Of a stretch of DNA of 64,000 bases, positions 58,706-64,000 are shown piece after piece. Below the pieces are notes generated by a model. It was not told the DNA's origin. It ran no database searches and worked only from the letters and a program-made list of their open reading frames with translations. Positions within the stretch are counted from its first letter, which is position 1; each line of letters opens with the position of its first letter. The translations under genes and the position numbers were made by a program. Location: contig CBDETI010000027.1 of NCBI GenBank assembly GCA_965242775.1, positions 240,422-304,421 on the forward strand, in the 5' to 3' direction. Source of the stretch: Cyclobacteriaceae bacterium. Its GTDB lineage: Bacteria; Bacteroidota; Bacteroidia; Cytophagales; Cyclobacteriaceae.

Positions 58706-59383
58706 TTACTTTGTTTGGTCCAGCAACCATTGGTAGTAGCTGGCGCCTGAGAGGATCGCTGGCCAAATACCATGACCCTTTCCTTCAAGGGAAATTAACT
58801 CGGCAGAGGTGGATCCGCAATCCTTTAATTTCTCCACGATCCGTCGACTTCTTTCATAACCATAATCTGCTGTGCCATGGTATACCCGAATGGGTAGTTC
58901 TTTGAGTTGACAGAGGTCCTGCTCGCTTCCGCCTGCCGGTGCCATGGGAACGGCGGCCGCAAGATGAGATCCGATTTTGCGAACCTGTGACCAGGTTCCT
59001 GCACCCCCCATGCTATAACCCGTCAGGTAGATCCGTTTGTTGTCGATGGACACCTCACTCTGCGCATCTTGTAGAATTGCCGCAAGATCTACACTGCCCC
59101 ATGAGCAACCTCCGGTGCACGAAGGGGCGATCACAATAAAGGGGAAATCCAGTCCAGCTTTAGACGCGTATTTGGCGGGGTGATGTTTAGTATTGGATCT
59201 ATCGCCACCATGGAGGAAGATGATGGTCGGATATGCCCTGGCAGCGTCATAGCCATCTGGTGTGCTGAGTAGATAAGGTATGCCGCCGGCCTTCCTTTCT
59301 ATAGCATTGGGGATTGACGATTGGCCATCGACCGTGCCAGCAAAAACAAAAACAATAAAGGATAAAGAAACTAGGAATTTCAT
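58706..59383 (-). CDS. secreted alpha/beta-hydrolase (carboxylesterase/phospholipase-type)
   Basis: Signal peptide, IIFLHGG, nucleophile elbow GYSMGG, HGTAD. Confidence 0.75.
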   Translation of the reverse strand: MKFLVSLSFIVFVFAGTVDGQSSIPNAIERKAGGIPYLLSTPDGYDAARAYPTIIFLHGGDRSNTKHHPAKYASKAGLDFPFIVIAPSCTGGCSWGSVDLAAILQDAQSEVSIDNKRIYLTGYSMGGAGTWSQVRKIGSHLAAAVPMAPAGGSEQDLCQLKELPIRVYHGTADYGYERSRRIVEKLKDCGSTSAELISLEGKGHGIWPAILSGASYYQWLLDQTK

Positions 59384-59511
59384 GTCTTGATCTTTTGCAC
59401 TATCCAATAATACGATCAAGCGGAAATTTTGATCGCCAACCCAGGCAACTAATGGGTGGTACGTTGTAATGCTGAGTCTTTTAAAGTTTATTTTGGAAGA
59501 AAGGACTTCCG

Positions 59512-59856
59512 ATGTATCCCCGATACTATCTATATCATAGACTCAAGACAGCTAAAGTGCTGATGGACAGACATTATATGGAAGACCTTGATCTGGAAGA
59601 AATTTCCCGGCGCGTCTATCTTTCCAAATTCCATTTTGTGCGCTTGTTTCGGAAGGCTTTTGGCACAACACCAAGGCAGTACATGCTCACAAAACGGATT
59701 CACAAAGCGAAGCAGTTGTTGCTGGCTGGTCAATCAGTGACTCAAGTTTGCCATGAAGTAGGATTTCAAAGCCTACCTTCATTTTCAATACTTTTCAAAA
59801 AAGCAACCGGGGTTTCTCCGTCACAATTCAAATTGAAGGAAAGCAATTCTCGATAA
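59512..59856 (+). CDS. short AraC-family HTH protein (DNA-binding domain only)
   Basis: 114 aa consisting of two HTH units (LSKFHFVRLFRKAFGTTP, VGFQSLPSFSILFKKATGVSP). Confidence 0.8.
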   Translation: MYPRYYLYHRLKTAKVLMDRHYMEDLDLEEISRRVYLSKFHFVRLFRKAFGTTPRQYMLTKRIHKAKQLLLAGQSVTQVCHEVGFQSLPSFSILFKKATGVSPSQFKLKESNSR

Positions 59857-59934
59857 GCCTTTGAGGGGGTCGTCAACTTACTTTTGATCCAATTCGGCCA
59901 AGGGACTCGATTCAACAAGTAAAAAGATAAGAAA

Positions 59935-60264
59935 ATGACGGTCTTATATAAAATAAACTGGGTACTCACTACGCTTTTGAGTATCGCCACGGGTGTTTTC
60001 AAATTATTGCAGCAAGAGGCTGACATAGCTTTGTTTGAGAAGATAGGGATGAATACCATTGCAACCACGATTTTGGGGTTGGTACAACTGGTTGGAGGAA
60101 TTCTGCTTATACCTCAAAAGACCAGGCAAAAAGGCGCCCTGATCATGATACCTACCTTTGTTTTGGCTTCTATCGCAGTGTTTGCGAATGGCATGTGGAC
60201 ATTCGGTATCGTGTCACTACTTTTTATCGCGATGGCCTATTGGGTATATGATTCCGAAAAATAG
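59935..60264 (+). CDS. small 4-TM membrane protein (DoxX-like?)
   Basis: Four hydrophobic helices. The family assignment is tentative. Confidence 0.45.
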   Translation: MTVLYKINWVLTTLLSIATGVFKLLQQEADIALFEKIGMNTIATTILGLVQLVGGILLIPQKTRQKGALIMIPTFVLASIAVFANGMWTFGIVSLLFIAMAYWVYDSEK

Positions 60265-60281
60265 AGTTAAAGCAAAGTACT

Positions 60282-60581
60282 ATGGCATATTATGTAAATA
60301 CCAGAACCTACATTGAAGAACCCAGCTTATTGCAGGAAGTGCTCGAAATGTCGAGGAAGTCATCTCGAATATTCAGAGCCCAGCCAGATCTGATCGAAAT
60401 GAAGTCACTATTATCCGAGGATGAAACACATTTGGCGACCTGGCTTGTTTGGGAAAATCAGCAAGCACATTTGGCTTGTATGGAAAGCAAGGATTTCGCC
60501 GATGTAACGCCTCGTTGGACAAAGCTGATGGAAGAAGGGAAGATCAGGTTTGAGTTGGATACTTACCAGGATTTGGGTTGA
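60282..60581 (+). CDS. ABM (antibiotic biosynthesis monooxygenase)-like small protein
   Basis: 99 aa with a W.W.....H......DF pattern typical of ferredoxin-fold ABM domains. Tentative. Confidence 0.45.
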   Translation: MAYYVNTRTYIEEPSLLQEVLEMSRKSSRIFRAQPDLIEMKSLLSEDETHLATWLVWENQQAHLACMESKDFADVTPRWTKLMEEGKIRFELDTYQDLG

Positions 60582-60634
60582 TTCTAGTGAATCTCCTGGG
60601 GACACGGGTCTAAATCCGGAGATAGGAGGATCTG

Positions 60635-60664
60635 TAAAAAGAGACCTTATTTAAAAGGTCTCTT
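60635..60664 (-). terminator. hairpin terminator (T-run on the minus strand)
   Basis: AAGAGACCTT / AAGGTCTCTT 10-bp stem, preceded on the + strand by A5 (which is T5 after the stem on the minus strand). Confidence 0.5.
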
Positions 60665-60911
60665 AGAACCAGCTATGGTTGGAAGTGCTATACTTCCTGC
60701 TGGTCGTGAAGGTAATCCATCAACCCGCTAAGAATTTGGAATTCTACCATTATGATCAGCCGGGAGCCAGATATAAGACTACTTTGTCCTCATTTGGTAC
60801 TTTTTCCAATGACTAGCCGGGTAAAGCCAATCAGTAGTGATTAATGCGAGTCGAAATGGATCCAGGCTTGATTCCGGATCTCACTCGTGTATTTCTATCT
60901 GCGTGCAGGGA

Positions 60912-62516
60912 TTATTTCGATTTTGAACCATGTGGCATTTCGAGCGACTGATCGTTGTGGTTGAGGATCTTGTCCAACTCTCTCACCCCCTGGTCAAGTG
61001 CTTCCGCGGAAGAGGATAGTACTTCCATCAATAGAATGTATTCCTGAGAGGAGAGTTTATCACCGGTTTTGATGAGTCCAACTATACCGAGAATCTTGGC
61101 GATGGGGGCTCGGAGGACATGTACGTTGTACCAACTTGACTGATTGATTTTTTGCGTTTGCTCATGAATCTTTTTCGACTTAATTCCTGATAGGGGCTTA
61201 AGTGCGCGGTTTTGACTTGTGATTTTGAGGAAAAGCCTGCTTTTCTGGAAATACAATGTCCAGAGGAAGTACACAAGCGTGCAAACTACGATTAGGGCCA
61301 TGAAAATTATGGCATTGAGATATCGGGAATTTTTTAACCTCGTCGCCTTAACTTCTACTTCCTTTTTCAAGGCCTCGTTTTCCTTTTCTTTTACCTGAGT
61401 GAGGAATCGAATTTTCAGCGCTTCTATTTCTGCAGTCTTTAGTTGGTCATGAAGCTGTGATTGCAACTCTATATAGGTTTTATAGTACTTCGCTGCCGCA
61501 GCATGTTCGTTTTTACGTTCTGAAAGTAGCGCCAGCGCTTCTATGTTTTTGATTTGACTTTCAAGGTTTAGTTTCTCAGCCAGGAAGCTGGTTCGATCGG
61601 TTTGTTCTTCGGCGAAGGCGATTTCATTTGCTTTCGATGCCATTTTGATTAACTCAACACGATTATGGTACTCTTTAGCCACCTGCTTTTGTGCCTGAAA
61701 ACTGTCAGCAGCAGTCTGGAGGTACTTCATGGCCTTCGTATATTCCTTAAGCCCTCCGTAACTATGACCTAGGACCGCCTGACCCAAGGCCACTCCGAAC
61801 GCATTATCCACTTCCGCATTTTGTTTCACGGAGATCTTGGCAAAGTGTATTGCCTTTCTGAAATTATTCAGTTTATAGTGGCTATTGGCTAGGTTGTGAG
61901 AGGCGATCAACAGCTGTTCTTTGTCTCCGATTTTCCTGGCATATTGTAGTGACTTGTGAAAATACGTTAGTGCGACTTCCAAGTCTCCATTTGACAAGAA
62001 GAAGCTCGCCAGGTTATTTAAAACTTTCGACATACCTCGGGCATTACCAATTTTTTCGTTTAGCTCAAGGGCTTGTGTGAGGCACCGTAGGGCATTTGCA
62101 TTGTCGCCAAGCAGGACATGGCTCTGAGCCAGATTCATCAAGGCAGTTGCTTCGAAATGGCGGTTTTCGAGCCTTTTGGCAAGGGTTAAGGCTCGAGTGA
62201 ATGATTGATATGAGTCGTCATACATGTGCATTCTACTTTGAGCGATGCCCATTTCTCGTAAGCTACCTAGCAGCAAGAATGAGTCCGATACCGCCAGGGC
62301 CTGCTTGCGGGCCTCCTGAGCGTGGGTTAGTTCCAAAGACGCATCTATATACCTGTACTCCTTGGCAATCATCAAATTGATTTTAGCTTTTTCGTGTAAA
62401 TCAGTTGCCCGTTCAACCAAATGGCTTAGACTATCCAATTTGGGATTCCCAAAAGTTTGTAGGGAAAGCGCGTAAAGTGCTGTGGCTGCTATATAGGCGA
62501 TTTGACGGATGGTCAT
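60912..62516 (-). CDS. TPR-repeat membrane protein ending in a DHp (HisKA-like) helix pair without an ATPase domain
   Basis: TPR array, coiled coil, one TM segment, then an H-box-like NVHVLRAPIAKILG. The ORF stops about 55 aa later. Start taken at ATG 62516. Confidence 0.65.
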   Translation of the reverse strand: MTIRQIAYIAATALYALSLQTFGNPKLDSLSHLVERATDLHEKAKINLMIAKEYRYIDASLELTHAQEARKQALAVSDSFLLLGSLREMGIAQSRMHMYDDSYQSFTRALTLAKRLENRHFEATALMNLAQSHVLLGDNANALRCLTQALELNEKIGNARGMSKVLNNLASFFLSNGDLEVALTYFHKSLQYARKIGDKEQLLIASHNLANSHYKLNNFRKAIHFAKISVKQNAEVDNAFGVALGQAVLGHSYGGLKEYTKAMKYLQTAADSFQAQKQVAKEYHNRVELIKMASKANEIAFAEEQTDRTSFLAEKLNLESQIKNIEALALLSERKNEHAAAAKYYKTYIELQSQLHDQLKTAEIEALKIRFLTQVKEKENEALKKEVEVKATRLKNSRYLNAIIFMALIVVCTLVYFLWTLYFQKSRLFLKITSQNRALKPLSGIKSKKIHEQTQKINQSSWYNVHVLRAPIAKILGIVGLIKTGDKLSSQEYILLMEVLSSSAEALDQGVRELDKILNHNDQSLEMPHGSKSK

Positions 62517-62801
62517 GACGGTCAAAAATCCAAAAAAAGCCTCACCTCTTATTTGCAGCAAGGCCTGTCCGGCTTCAAGCAGACTGGCGCGACCCAGCGT
62601 AGTAAATTGCTCGAATGCTTGCGCAAAGTTCCAGGAGCCGGGTTTCCTAAAAGTCTGAAAATTGGTCGGTATTGTATCGATTTAGGAATTTGAGGTCGGT
62701 TAAGTGCGCTATTACTTGGACTTTTTCCTCAAAATATATCAATTGCTATCGTAGTGGGTAGGCGCTCTCTAATATGAGAAAGTCTGAGATTTTTCAACCA
62801 A

Positions 62802-63938
62802 ATGGATATTCATATTGAAAGTGCGCTGGATATAGGCGCATTTATTCACGGCTTAATTTTTGGTCTGATTCTTCTGTTTCAATACAAGAAGAAACCTCAA
62901 GCCATCTTCCTGAGCCTCTTTTTGCTGATGAGCGCTTCTGAGCTGGCAAAGGTCCTGATAATAGACCTTGGACTTACAAGTGCTAATCCCAGACTTTATT
63001 ATTTACCTGTCAACTTCACTTTCGCCTACCCTACCCTCATTTTCATCTATACAAAAAACTTGATGACCCCTTTGAAGGTCCGGGAATTTGCGATCCACAT
63101 GATTCCGGGAGCGATCGAGGTTTTGTACTATGCAACAATATTTTTTTTACCGCAAGCGCTGTTTGAGCAATACTTGAATAGCTCTTGGGATGGCAGCGTC
63201 TTTTTTGTGGTGATTGTTGGTTGGGCTACTTTGAATTTGACCTACAGCGTTGCCACCTTGGTTTTGCTACGAAAGCAAAAAAGGGCACTTGGTTTTTTTT
63301 ACTCTGAAGCTAACCTGGATCATTTGCGTTGGCTGAAGTGGCTTTGCCTGTACATTATCTTGCTTGGATCATCTGTTCTCATTCTCCAGCTTTTTCTTTA
63401 CGATCATCCGATTTGCCGGGATCCCATTACCAATTTTATTTGGGGTTTTGCTGATATAGTGTTGGTCTATTGGATTGGTATTATCGGCTATACGCAAACT
63501 CAAAAGGTAATTCCCAAAGACTTTCTTATCCAATTGGACGCGAACAATGTGCACCAGCTCGCATCCAGTTACGAGCAGAACAAGACCTACGATCATATCA
63601 TCTCTGTGTTGATAGAGCATAAATTGTACAAGGATCGGCATCTTACTATTGCTGATTTGGCAAAACATGCGGGCCTATCCGTCAAAAAAGTTTCTCAATT
63701 GATTAACCTAAAGGCCGACATGAACTTTAATCAGATGATCAATGAATACCGGGTGGAAGAGGCAAAAAGAATGCTCGCTTCCTCAGAATTTGATCACTAC
63801 AGCATTCTGGGCATAGCATTCGACGTTGGTTATAAATCAAAGGCGACCTTTTTCTCTAATTTCAAGAAAATTGCCGGATGCACTCCTTTGGTCTACAAAC
63901 GTCGACTGTTGCTTAAGAGCCGATCTACTGAAGTGTAA
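62802..63938 (+). CDS. membrane-anchored AraC-family transcriptional regulator
   Basis: Multi-TM N-terminal half followed by a C-terminal AraC HTH (ILGIAFDVGYKSKATFFSNFKK). Confidence 0.8.
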   Translation: MDIHIESALDIGAFIHGLIFGLILLFQYKKKPQAIFLSLFLLMSASELAKVLIIDLGLTSANPRLYYLPVNFTFAYPTLIFIYTKNLMTPLKVREFAIHMIPGAIEVLYYATIFFLPQALFEQYLNSSWDGSVFFVVIVGWATLNLTYSVATLVLLRKQKRALGFFYSEANLDHLRWLKWLCLYIILLGSSVLILQLFLYDHPICRDPITNFIWGFADIVLVYWIGIIGYTQTQKVIPKDFLIQLDANNVHQLASSYEQNKTYDHIISVLIEHKLYKDRHLTIADLAKHAGLSVKKVSQLINLKADMNFNQMINEYRVEEAKRMLASSEFDHYSILGIAFDVGYKSKATFFSNFKKIAGCTPLVYKRRLLLKSRSTEV

Positions 63939-64000
63939 ATAGCCTTAAGCATTTCCTTCTGGATACTTTTCTCACTGTTTAGATGACTGGTGGCCTAGAA

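Noticed and set aside
60582-60911. Decayed HATPase domain downstream of the truncated TPR/DHp gene
   Set aside because: Manual three-frame translation of the minus strand gave only short stop-ridden peptides with no N, G1 or G2 box resemblance. Decay cannot be shown from the sequence alone.
1-64000. CRISPR arrays, tRNA/rRNA genes, IS elements, integrases, restriction-modification, toxin-antitoxin or other defence genes
   Set aside because: I looked for regularly spaced direct repeats in all intergenic regions, and for transposase, integrase, nuclease and helicase signatures among the ORFs. None was found.

Overview
This 64-kb chromosomal segment looks like a Bacteroidota (Cytophagia/Flavobacteriia-type) genome. 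Supporting signs are two type-A T9SS C-terminal sorting domains, an ECF-sigma/FecR/STN-TonB-receptor unit, a fused E1 alpha-beta 2-oxoacid dehydrogenase, BlaI/BlaR1-M23, membrane-anchored AraC regulators and TAnnTTTG -7 boxes.

Gene content in order:
- glnS
- a 1364-aa BNR/Asp-box T9SS protein
- a VOC enzyme
- an aquaglyceroporin
- the tesA-like / ABC ATPase / FtsX-permease trio
- an alanine:Na+ symporter
- trkA-trkH
- lgt
- a TMEM175-like channel
- a 12-kb phenylacetate (paa) cluster ordered paaE-A-B-C-D-G-H-I-J-Z, a frameshifted four-helix-bundle gene, a crotonase, then paaY
- a sulfotransferase-like gene
- regulators (AraC, Lrp, ECF sigma/FecR)
- a TonB-dependent transducer
- the fused bkd E1
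- blaI-blaR1
- several DUF-type secreted proteins
- four histidine kinases, of which only the LytS-like one has an adjacent response regulator (LytTR)
- a two-gene secreted operon (tail-fibre-like repeat protein plus a Cys-rich T9SS protein)

I found no rRNA, tRNA, CRISPR array, transposase, integrase or recognisable defence gene.

I cannot point to a clear-cut novel system. The best candidates for follow-up are:
1. The translationally coupled tail-fibre-like/T9SS-cargo operon next to a divergent LytS/LytTR pair.
2. A three-domain PaaZ carrying an extra DinB/DUF1569-like C-terminal domain.
3. A frameshifted four-helix-bundle cassette inside the paa operon, bracketed by inverted copies of a 9-mer (ACCAWTCAC) that also precedes both crotonase genes.
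4. A perfect Lrp-consensus palindrome upstream of the bkd E1 gene.

Many short ORFs in the six-frame track are antisense shadows of these genes and are not reported.
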